Assembly (NCBI GenBank): GCA_963777755.1
Contig: CAVZSC010000005.1
Location: 30,933-62,932, forward strand
Direction of reading: 5' to 3'
Length of the DNA: 32,000 nucleotides
Source: an uncultured Alphaproteobacteria bacterium
Lineage (GTDB): Bacteria; Pseudomonadota; Alphaproteobacteria; Rhizobiales; Xanthobacteraceae
In this document: positions 18,325 to 26,189 of the stretch, piece by piece
How positions within the stretch are numbered: the first letter of the stretch is position 1
How the letters are laid out: every line of letters starts with the position of its first letter
Notes under the pieces: generated by a model
What the model saw: only the letters and a program-made list of their open reading frames with translations
What the model was told of the DNA's origin: nothing
The model's database searches: none
Program-made: the position numbers and the translations under genes

Positions 18325-19434
18325 ATGCGATCGCAATCGCTCATAAGACACTGCGCCTGCACCACAGTCACCTTGATCACGATATCGGCGGCGAGCCTCG
18401 CGGCAAGAGCCGACAGTCTCCCGCCCTACATGCAACCAATCGCCGGACGCACGACTTCCACCGCGGCCGACACGGCCACCAAGAACGTCCTGGCGCTGAA
18501 TACCGGCATGTTCGAGCTGTATGGCGACGCGGCCAGAATCTTCCAGAAGAACATTCTCAGCCGGCATCCCGTCATCCTCGGCCTGTTCTCCGGGGCCGGC
18601 GGCCGATTCATACTCTATCGGCCTGACACGCCTCCACTGGAGGCGCCATCGGTCCCGATCGTCTACCAATTGCTGAAATCCGTCGGCCACAGCACGATGG
18701 CTCTGGCTCAGGTGGTAGGTCCGTACCTGGACAATCCTGCCGATCGGTCCTGGCGCGGACCTATGGCTGCCTATCGCAGCCGGATGAATTCCGCCCTGGA
18801 GGAGCTGGCTGCCACTCCGATGGACCCGGCCTGGCGCGAGAACAACCAGATCATTCTGCAGAACAACATCACGTTCATGGATGACTGCCTGGCGGAAGGG
18901 GCTGTCTCCTTCACCGCCCTGGAGACGTTCTCCAAGAAGCAGGCCCCCTATCTCGCGCGGAACGTCGCATGGGCGGCTGAGACTCAGGTCGCCCACTGGA
19001 TGGCTGTGCTGGCGGACTGGAAGAAGTCGCTCGGCGGCGACTGGGACAAGACCTATGCGGCCAGCAATACGATCTATGTGGCGCGGCAAAACAACGTGTT
19101 GTTCAGCGTCCTTGCACAGTTTTTCGGGCCCGACGCGATCAACAGCCGCCTGATGCTGATCGAGACGATCTCGTTCACGACGACGCCGGCGGACATGTTG
19201 AACTCGCTGACGCGCATCATCGCCGACCGCTCCGTGGGCGCGCTGTTCTTCGGCAACTATCACCTGATGGACTATGAATTGATGGGCGGCGACGCGCGCA
19301 CCGCAATCGCCGCGGAAACTGCAAAGCGCGGAATGACCGCGTTCTTGCCTCCCCTCGTACCCTTCGGATCGAAGCAATGGCCGACCCTGGTCACGCCCGG
19401 ACCGGGACCTGCCTCCATCGCCGACCTCAAATAG
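18325..19434 (+). CDS. Exported protein of unknown function
   Basis: ATG 18325 with SD AGGGAGGA (18313-18320). Sec-type signal peptide MRSQSLIRHCACTTVTLITISAASLAARA/DS. Amino-acid composition is varied, and third-position GC bias supports this strand over the Arg-rich antisense ORF 18049..19377. I recognise no family. Confidence 0.65.
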   Translation: MRSQSLIRHCACTTVTLITISAASLAARADSLPPYMQPIAGRTTSTAADTATKNVLALNTGMFELYGDAARIFQKNILSRHPVILGLFSGAGGRFILYRPDTPPLEAPSVPIVYQLLKSVGHSTMALAQVVGPYLDNPADRSWRGPMAAYRSRMNSALEELAATPMDPAWRENNQIILQNNITFMDDCLAEGAVSFTALETFSKKQAPYLARNVAWAAETQVAHWMAVLADWKKSLGGDWDKTYAASNTIYVARQNNVLFSVLAQFFGPDAINSRLMLIETISFTTTPADMLNSLTRIIADRSVGALFFGNYHLMDYELMGGDARTAIAAETAKRGMTAFLPPLVPFGSKQWPTLVTPGPGPASIADLK

Positions 19435-19443
19435 CGGCTACGG

Positions 19444-19462
19444 CGCCCGAGTCGATCGGGCG
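19444..19462 (+). terminator. Weak hairpin after the exported-protein gene
   Basis: cgcccga-gtcga-tcgggcg, a 7-bp stem 10 nt after the stop. No U-tract. It may be only a partial terminator or attenuator ahead of the Mo-hydroxylase genes. Confidence 0.25.
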
Positions 19463-19508
19463 TCGACCAAGACCACGATGACCGACTCAACGGAACCAGA
19501 ACAACATC

Positions 19509-20342
19509 ATGAATCTCAACACAATCACCCAGCTGAAACGCCCGGTGTCTGCGGACGAGATCACGCAATGGCGTGACGGATACGCATGGCTTGCCGGCGG
19601 AACCTGGCTGTTCTCGGAGCCGCAGTTCGCCACCGATACGCTGATCGACCTCGACCAGCTCCAGTGGTTGTCACTGGAGCCATCTCCCGATGGGCTCGAT
19701 ATCGCTGCGACGTGCCGCATTGCGGAGCTGTACCGGTTCGCCGGGCCAGCCGAATGGCGCGCGACGCCGCTGCTGCGCGAGTGTTGCAACGCGCTGCTGG
19801 CCTCGTTCAAGATCTGGAACGCCGCCACCGTCGGCGGAAACATCTGCATGTCGTTGCCGGCAGGCGCGATGATCTCGCTGACGGTGGCGCTCGAGGCGAC
19901 CTACACGTTATGGCCACGCGACGCGGCGCCGCGCGAAGTCCGGGCGCTCGATTTCGTCACCGGGAACCATGCGAATATCCTGCGGCGCGGCGAATTGCTC
20001 CGCGGCATCCACCTGCCCGCCACGGCGCTGTCGAAGCGGTATGCTTTTCGTCAGGCTTCGCTCACCCACCTGGGGCGCTCGGCCGCCCTGGTGATCGGCA
20101 CGCAGGATGCCCCCTCGGAGGAACTCCTCATCACGATCACCGCGGCAACGCCACGACCGATCCAGCTTCGCTTCGCGTCCACGCCGTCCGCGATGGAGCT
20201 GCGTCGCACACTCGACGAGAGCATTCCCGCCGATGGATATTTCGACGATGTCCATGGCTCGGCAGCCTACAAGCGACACGTAACCTATTACTTCTCCGAA
20301 CAAATCCGCGCCGAACTGGCGCAACCGCGAGTAGCCACATGA
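19509..20342 (+). CDS. FAD-binding subunit of a xanthine-dehydrogenase-family molybdenum hydroxylase (CoxM/XdhB-like)
   Basis: 277 aa with LAGGTWL (AGGT FAD motif) and a size and layout typical of medium subunits. Stop TGA 20340-20342 overlaps the next ATG (ATGA). Confidence 0.85.
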   Translation: MNLNTITQLKRPVSADEITQWRDGYAWLAGGTWLFSEPQFATDTLIDLDQLQWLSLEPSPDGLDIAATCRIAELYRFAGPAEWRATPLLRECCNALLASFKIWNAATVGGNICMSLPAGAMISLTVALEATYTLWPRDAAPREVRALDFVTGNHANILRRGELLRGIHLPATALSKRYAFRQASLTHLGRSAALVIGTQDAPSEELLITITAATPRPIQLRFASTPSAMELRRTLDESIPADGYFDDVHGSAAYKRHVTYYFSEQIRAELAQPRVAT

Positions 20343-23092
20343 ACTACAGTGTCAAGCCTCCTCGCCAGGCGAACATTACGGATGACCACGACCTTGCTTA
20401 CAACGTGAACGGCCAGCTCTTTTCCGCCGAGCCGCAACCTGGACAGTGCCTGCGGACTTTCCTGCGCGACCGCGGCGTCTTCGGTGTAAAGAAGGGCTGC
20501 GACGCGGGAGATTGCGGCGCCTGCACTGTGTGGCTCGACGGCACGCCTGTCCATTCCTGCCTGATGCCGGCCTTCCGTGCCGCCGGACGCGTCGTGACCA
20601 CGATCGAGGGTCTTGCGCCGGACGGCGCCCTGCACCCGATGCAGCAGGCGTTCCTCGACGCGCAGGCGTTCCAATGCGGCTATTGCGCAGCGGGCATGAT
20701 CATGACGGCGGCCGCGCTCGGTGATGAGCGCCGGGCGGACCTGCCGCATGCGCTGAAAGGCAATCTATGCCGCTGTACCGGCTACCGTGCGATCAGCGAT
20801 GCGGTTCACGGCATCGCCGAGACCGAGCATGACGTTGCTGGCCATGCCTGCGGCGCAAGCCTGCCGAACCCATTCGCCGAAGCGATCGTCACCGGTCGCG
20901 CACGCTACACAATGGATGTGGCGATCGATGGCCTGCTGCACCTCAAAGTGCTGCGCTCTCCCCATGCGCATGCGCGCATCGTTGCGATCGGCCGCGACAA
21001 GGCCATGGCGGTGCCCGGCGTGGTCGACATCTTCACCTGGGAGGACGTTCCGCGCCGCCTCTACAGCACGGCCACTCACGAAGATCACCTGGTCGATCCG
21101 GACGATACGTACATTCTTGACAATGTGGTGCGCTTCATCGGGCAGCGGATCGCCGCGGTCGTGGCGGAAACCGAGGCTGCGGCCGAAGCGGCCTGCCGGC
21201 TGCTCGATGTCACCTACGAGCTGTTACCGGCCGTCTTCGATCCGGTCGCCGCGATGGCGCTGGATGCCCCGATCCTTCACGACAAGGGCGGAGCCGAGAA
21301 GGGCAATATCTACGTCGACATTCACGGCGAGGTCGGCAGCGTTGCGGATGGCTTCGCCGCCGCGGATGTCGTGCACGAAAAAACATATTCCACCTCGCGC
21401 GTTCAGCATGTCCATCTCGAGACGCATGGCTCGATCACCTGGAAAGGCGACGACGGACGGCTCCATGTCCGCACCAGCTCGCAGGCGCCGTTCATCGCGC
21501 AGCAGAAGCTCTGTTATCTCTTTGGTTTGCGTCCGCGGGATGTCCATGTCTTCACCGAGCGCGTCGGCGGCGGGTTCGGCGGCAAGCAGGAGATGATCTC
21601 CGAGGATCTCTGCGTTCTCGCTACGCTCAAGACCGGTCGACCGGTGAAATGGGAGTTCACGCGCGAGGATCAGTTCATCGGCGCGACCACACGCCATCAG
21701 ATGACGACGCACGTTAAGCTCGGCGCCAAACGCGACGGAACCCTGACCGCAATAGAGATCCAGGTTGTCTCCAACACCGGTGCCTATGGCGGTCATGCCG
21801 GCGAGACGCTCGCAGCCGCGCTCGGCAGTCCGCTCACGTCCTATCGATGCGCCAACAAGAAGGCGGTCGGGTATGCGGTCTACACGAACATGGTCCCGGG
21901 CGGCGGCTTCCGCGGCTACGGCGCGTCGCAGACGACCTTTGCGATCGAGTGTGCAATCGACGAGGTGGCGCGGCTCGTCGGGATGGACCCGTTCGCGATC
22001 CGCCGCAAGAACATGGTGCGGCCGGGCGACTGGATCGAGTCGGTTTGGAAAGACCCCTCCGACGTCGACTTCGGAAGCTACGGGCTCGACCAGTGCCTCG
22101 ACCTGGTCGAGAAGACATTGGACTCGGGCGGCGGCAATCCGAAGCCGGAGGGCGAGGATTGGGCGCAAGGCACCGGCATCGCCCTGGCGATGCTGGAATG
22201 CGGCCCGCCGACGGAGCACCGCGCTGGCGCTCAGATGATGCTGCTGCCCGATGGGACCTATCACCTTGCGGTCGGCTCCACCGAAATGGGAAACGGCTCG
22301 GTGACGTCGCACCGTCAGATCGCGGCCTCGGTGCTCGGCTCGCGGGCGGACAGCATCCACATTATCAACGCCGATACGGACCTAGCGCCTTACGACACAG
22401 GCACTTTCGCCAGCACCGGCACGGTGGTCGCCGGCAAGGCCGTGGATCTTGCGGCCAATGCGCTGCGCGACAACATCCTCGCCTTTGCCGGCCGCCACAC
22501 CGGCATGGAGGCGGCCGCCTGCCGTCTCGATGGCGCGGTGGTGGTCTGCGGCGAGCGGCGGATCGCGCTGGCAGACCTCCACGCCGCCGGCACCAACGCG
22601 GGCCATCGTTTCGAAGCCAAGCGCAAATCCTACCTGTCGCCGCGCACGGTCGCGTTCAATGTCCAAGGGGTGAGGCTCGCGGTTCACCGCGTGACCGGCG
22701 AGATTCGCATCCTGCATAGCGTTCACGCCGCCGACATCGGCCGACTTATCAACCCCATGCAGTGCCGCGGCCAGATCGAGGGCGCAATCGCCATGGGATT
22801 CGGTTGGGCGCTTACCGAGAAGATGGTCCACGATGCCAGGGGCGCCATGGTGAACCCGGCGCTGCGCAACTATCGGATCCCTGCCTTCGCCGATGTACCG
22901 CGCACCGAGGTGTTCTTCGCCAACACCTATGACACGATCGGCCCGCTCGGAGCCAAGTCGCAAGGCGAGTGTGCGATCAATCCCGTCGCTCCCGCGGTGG
23001 CCAATGCCATCGCGAACGCGACCGGCGTGCGCTTCCCGCACCTGCCATTCACACCCGATCGGATCTTCAGCGAACTCGCCGGGCAGCCATGA
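20339..23092 (+). CDS. Fused [2Fe-2S]x2 / molybdopterin-binding catalytic subunit of a molybdenum hydroxylase (917 aa)
   Basis: N-terminal ferredoxin-type GCDAGDCGACTV...HSC and a second cluster QCGYCAAGMIM...CRCTGY. These are followed by an aldehyde oxidase/xanthine dehydrogenase a/b-hammerhead and a Moco domain (GGGFGGK, RGYG). This is the fused small+large architecture of Desulfovibrio-type aldehyde oxidoreductase. ORF-track 19586..23092 is an upstream extension. Confidence 0.9.
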   Translation: MNYSVKPPRQANITDDHDLAYNVNGQLFSAEPQPGQCLRTFLRDRGVFGVKKGCDAGDCGACTVWLDGTPVHSCLMPAFRAAGRVVTTIEGLAPDGALHPMQQAFLDAQAFQCGYCAAGMIMTAAALGDERRADLPHALKGNLCRCTGYRAISDAVHGIAETEHDVAGHACGASLPNPFAEAIVTGRARYTMDVAIDGLLHLKVLRSPHAHARIVAIGRDKAMAVPGVVDIFTWEDVPRRLYSTATHEDHLVDPDDTYILDNVVRFIGQRIAAVVAETEAAAEAACRLLDVTYELLPAVFDPVAAMALDAPILHDKGGAEKGNIYVDIHGEVGSVADGFAAADVVHEKTYSTSRVQHVHLETHGSITWKGDDGRLHVRTSSQAPFIAQQKLCYLFGLRPRDVHVFTERVGGGFGGKQEMISEDLCVLATLKTGRPVKWEFTREDQFIGATTRHQMTTHVKLGAKRDGTLTAIEIQVVSNTGAYGGHAGETLAAALGSPLTSYRCANKKAVGYAVYTNMVPGGGFRGYGASQTTFAIECAIDEVARLVGMDPFAIRRKNMVRPGDWIESVWKDPSDVDFGSYGLDQCLDLVEKTLDSGGGNPKPEGEDWAQGTGIALAMLECGPPTEHRAGAQMMLLPDGTYHLAVGSTEMGNGSVTSHRQIAASVLGSRADSIHIINADTDLAPYDTGTFASTGTVVAGKAVDLAANALRDNILAFAGRHTGMEAAACRLDGAVVVCGERRIALADLHAAGTNAGHRFEAKRKSYLSPRTVAFNVQGVRLAVHRVTGEIRILHSVHAADIGRLINPMQCRGQIEGAIAMGFGWALTEKMVHDARGAMVNPALRNYRIPAFADVPRTEVFFANTYDTIGPLGAKSQGECAINPVAPAVANAIANATGVRFPHLPFTPDRIFSELAGQP

Positions 23093-24075
23093 GCGGCATG
23101 GACCGGATGACGGGCGGAGCATCGTCCCCACCCAAAGGCAGCGTCACGGTCGTCACACAGACCCGCGTGCGGCCGGAGAGCGCTGACGCTTTCGCCGGGT
23201 GGCAGGACGAAACCAGCGGGATCATTGCCGCATTTCCGGGCTTCATTCATCAGACGGTGATACCGCCGAGCCCGCCCGCACAGGTCGACTGGGTCATCCT
23301 CCAGCGCTTCGCCAGCACCGAGGCAGCGGTCGCGTGGCTGCATTCGGAGGAGCGGGTGAACCGGATGAAAGGCGCGGCGCCGATGCTGGTCGGCCACGAC
23401 GACATCCACATCGTCAATGACGGCGAAGCCGGCGTGCTGCCCGCTCCCGTCTCGGCGGTGATCTCGACGCGCATCAAGCCGGGCCAGGAGCTCGCCTATC
23501 GCGCCTGGGAGCAGCGCATTGCTGCCGCCCAGTCCAAGGCTCCCGGCTTCCAGGGCTATCGCTTCGAGCCGCCGGTGCCCGGCGTGCAGGACGATTGGCT
23601 CGCCATCGTTCGTTTCGACACGGAAGCAAACCTGCAGGCATGGCTCAATTCGCCGGAACGCCAGCAGCTCTTGCAGGAGGCGAGCGCGTTCACCGTAGAG
23701 TTTCATGCCCGCATCGCGCGGACGGGTTTCGATCAATGGTTTCCCATCGCAGCGGGCGGAGCCACTCCGCCCGCTGCCTGGAAGCAGAACATGCTCGTCC
23801 TGCTGCTGCTGTACCCGGTGGTTTTTCTGTTCGGTGTCCTGGTGCAGACGCCGCTTCTGATGAACCGCGCGGGTCTGTCCTTCCCGATCGCGCTGTTCAT
23901 CGGCAACGTCGCGAGCGTCCTCCTCCTGAACTATCTCGTGCCCTGGACGAGCATTCGCTTCGCCTGGTGGCTCCAGCCGGCGGGCCTCCATCCGCGCCGG
24001 ATCGAGGTCGCCGGAACGGCGCTGCTGGTCGCGCTCTACGGCGTGATGCTGCTTGCGTTCTCGCGCTTGCCGTGA
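23089..24075 (+). CDS. Tandem ABM (antibiotic-biosynthesis-monooxygenase-like) domains with a C-terminal multi-helix membrane anchor
   Basis: 328 aa. ATG 23089 overlaps the upstream stop (ATGA). Two ferredoxin-like ABM repeats (VTVVTQTRVRPE...AWL; SAVISTRIKPGQ...AWL) are followed by hydrophobic stretches MLVLLLLYPVVFLFGVLV, FPIALFIGNVASVLLLNYLV and VAGTALLVALYGVMLLAF. Confidence 0.7.
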   Translation: MSGMDRMTGGASSPPKGSVTVVTQTRVRPESADAFAGWQDETSGIIAAFPGFIHQTVIPPSPPAQVDWVILQRFASTEAAVAWLHSEERVNRMKGAAPMLVGHDDIHIVNDGEAGVLPAPVSAVISTRIKPGQELAYRAWEQRIAAAQSKAPGFQGYRFEPPVPGVQDDWLAIVRFDTEANLQAWLNSPERQQLLQEASAFTVEFHARIARTGFDQWFPIAAGGATPPAAWKQNMLVLLLLYPVVFLFGVLVQTPLLMNRAGLSFPIALFIGNVASVLLLNYLVPWTSIRFAWWLQPAGLHPRRIEVAGTALLVALYGVMLLAFSRLP

Positions 24076-24095
24076 AAACGGACGCGGCGGCGAGG

Positions 24096-24479
24096 TTATT
24101 CCACAGGATTGAGCCTCGGCAGGCGCACGTAGATGCGCCCCTCGCGCACGTCGACCTTGACGCGACGCAGCTTCATGCGCGCGTTGCCCGGATGGCACCC
24201 GGTCTCGACGTCGAACTCGTAGCCGTGCCACGGGCACACGATCTGCCGGCGGTCGGAGAATTTCACGCCCGCGCTCTTCTTGTCGGGGGTGAGCGCCTCT
24301 TCGACGCGATTGAAGATCTTGCCCTGGCACACCGGGCCGCCCGCATGCGGGCAGACGTTCTCGTACGCCACCACCTTGTCGCCGAGGCGAAAGATGCCGA
24401 CCTCCAGGGCGTCGATGGAAAAGATGCGGTGATCGCCGTCCGCCCAATCCGCGAGCGCGCCGACTGCGACTTCGTCCAT
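24096..24479 (-). CDS. Small Rieske [2Fe-2S] protein (ferredoxin-type)
   Basis: 127 aa with both ligand boxes, C43-P-H45 and C82-P-W-H85. SD GGAG lies upstream. Confidence 0.85.
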   Translation of the reverse strand: MDEVAVGALADWADGDHRIFSIDALEVGIFRLGDKVVAYENVCPHAGGPVCQGKIFNRVEEALTPDKKSAGVKFSDRRQIVCPWHGYEFDVETGCHPGNARMKLRRVKVDVREGRIYVRLPRLNPVE

Positions 24480-24501
24480 GGTCCGTGCTCCACGCGTGTG
24501 A

Positions 24502-24864
24502 TCAGCCAGGCAGGCGATTGAACCACATCGCCACGTCGAACGGGCTCAGGTCGGCGGCGCGGATCATGCCGCACACCGCGACCACGGTTTCGGTCGCGGT
24601 GACCGCGTCGTCGCCGAACGGCTTGATGGCGCCGCCGCGCCGCTCGGCCTTGGCGGCATAGAGGCGTACCGCCGCGGCCAGCACCCGATGCAGCGATTGA
24701 TCGGCAACGGCGTCCGGGTCGGCACGGTCGAGCGCATCCTGCGCCAAGGCGGCAAACGCGCCCGCCGGATCGCCGACAGGCTTCGTCTTCGCGGGCGTCG
24801 CCGCCTTGGCGCGCGGCTTCGCCGGGCTCGTCCGCTTCGCCGCCATCGTCCGCTTCGCGGCCAT
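24502..24864 (-). CDS. Small protein of unknown function with a Lys/Ala/Pro-rich N-terminal tail
   Basis: 120 aa. ATG 24864-24862 overlaps the amidohydrolase stop (TGATG). Third-position GC is strongly biased as expected for coding sequence. N-terminus is MAAKRTMAAKRTSPAKPRAKAATPAKTKP, followed by a helical domain ending WFNRLPG. No family recognised. The rest of ORF-track 24502..25377 is an out-of-frame overlap. Confidence 0.6.
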   Translation of the reverse strand: MAAKRTMAAKRTSPAKPRAKAATPAKTKPVGDPAGAFAALAQDALDRADPDAVADQSLHRVLAAAVRLYAAKAERRGGAIKPFGDDAVTATETVVAVCGMIRAADLSPFDVAMWFNRLPG

Positions 24865-26135
24865 CAGGCCGGAACCGGCACGCGCTCGGCCGGCGCCTTC
24901 TTCTTGGCGAGCTTGCGGGTCGGCACGTCGAGACTGAAGATGCGCGCCGCATTGAGCCCGAGGATGTTGCGTTTCGCCTGCGCGTCGAGGAACGGCAAGT
25001 TGGTGATCGAGCTCGGCAGGTCGAAATCCCAGTGCGGCCAATCCGACGCGAACAGGAGCTGCGTGTCGGCGTTGATCGCCGCGAACGTCGCCTCGGTCAG
25101 CTTCATGTTGGAGCGCTCGAGCGGCTGGCTGGTGAAATACATCTCGCGGATGTAGTCGCTCGGCGGCCGCTTGAGCAGCGGCGCCTCCGACGACCGCATC
25201 ATGAATTCGGAATCGAGCCGCTGCATGAGGAACGGCACCCAGGCGAGCCCGCTCTCGATCCAGATCACCTTCAGCCGCGGGAACCGCTCGGGCAGTCCGT
25301 TGACCAGCCAGTTGGTGAGATGCACCAGGTTGAAATGCACGAACGACAGCGCGTGCATCGACAGGAAGCGATTGCACTGCTGCATCGACTGGTCGCCCCA
25401 GTGGAAGCCGGAATGGAAGCCGAACGGCTTGCCGGTCGCTTCGATCGCCGCGTAGAGCGGCATGTAGGCGTCGTCATGCACCGGCTTGAAGCGCGTCGAC
25501 GTCACCGTGAAACCGATGACACCGGGCGTGTCCCCGTAGCGCTCGACCACCTCCACGCAGGCCTCCGGATGGTTGAACGGCAGGTAGAGCATCGCCTTGA
25601 TGCGCGGCTCCTGCGGCAGGATCTCCTCGACCAGCCAGCGATTGAACGCGTTCCCGAGCGCCACCTCGATCTCGGCCTGCGGGTGCATGCCGAGCACCAG
25701 CATCGGGGTGGGGAACACCACCATGTAGTCGATCCCCATGGCGTCCATCGCCCGCTGCACCAGCGTGACCTGCGCATGCGTGCGTCCGGCCGGCACGGCT
25801 TCCGCCAGCCGCTGCTGGTGCGGGATGCGTCCGAACACATCCTGGTAGAGCATGCCCGGCGTCGCGTTGAGCAGCCCAGGCGGGGAGCCCCCGCGATCGC
25901 GGAAGGCCTTCGCCATCTGGCGGTAGACGTCGTTGTCGATGCGGTCGGTGAGCTCGGACCAGAACGCCGTCTCCATCACGTGGGCATCGACGTCGACGAT
26001 GAAATAGTCGTCGGTCTCCCGCTCCTTGATGGCATGCGCCAGGATATCGCGCGTATCGCTGTGCACCGTGATCTTGGGCAGCTCGGTCACCTGCGGGGCG
26101 TGCGTGCCGCCGTTGCGCGCCGGGGATTTGGCCAT
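24864..26135 (-). CDS. Amidohydrolase_2 (ACMSD/LigW-type metal-dependent hydrolase/decarboxylase) family protein
   Basis: 423 aa. Metal-ligand contexts are VDVDAHV near the N-terminus and FASDWPHWD near the C-terminus, typical of PF04909-like enzymes. SD GGAGGA lies before ATG 26135. Confidence 0.8.
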   Translation of the reverse strand: MAKSPARNGGTHAPQVTELPKITVHSDTRDILAHAIKERETDDYFIVDVDAHVMETAFWSELTDRIDNDVYRQMAKAFRDRGGSPPGLLNATPGMLYQDVFGRIPHQQRLAEAVPAGRTHAQVTLVQRAMDAMGIDYMVVFPTPMLVLGMHPQAEIEVALGNAFNRWLVEEILPQEPRIKAMLYLPFNHPEACVEVVERYGDTPGVIGFTVTSTRFKPVHDDAYMPLYAAIEATGKPFGFHSGFHWGDQSMQQCNRFLSMHALSFVHFNLVHLTNWLVNGLPERFPRLKVIWIESGLAWVPFLMQRLDSEFMMRSSEAPLLKRPPSDYIREMYFTSQPLERSNMKLTEATFAAINADTQLLFASDWPHWDFDLPSSITNLPFLDAQAKRNILGLNAARIFSLDVPTRKLAKKKAPAERVPVPA

Positions 26136-26189
26136 GGCTTCCTCCGCTCTCGATTCAGGTCGTTCTAGGGTACAAGAATGCCCGAAAAT

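Noticed and set aside
18049-19377. 442-aa minus-strand ORF opposite the exported-protein gene
   Set aside because: It is Arg-rich with no SD or signal features. The plus-strand frame has better third-position GC bias, an SD and a signal peptide.
19586-20338. 5' extension of the Mo-hydroxylase large-subunit ORF (ORF-track 19586..23092)
   Set aside because: It overlaps the FAD-subunit gene out of frame. The ferredoxin-type domain starts just after ATG 20339, which is coupled to the upstream stop.
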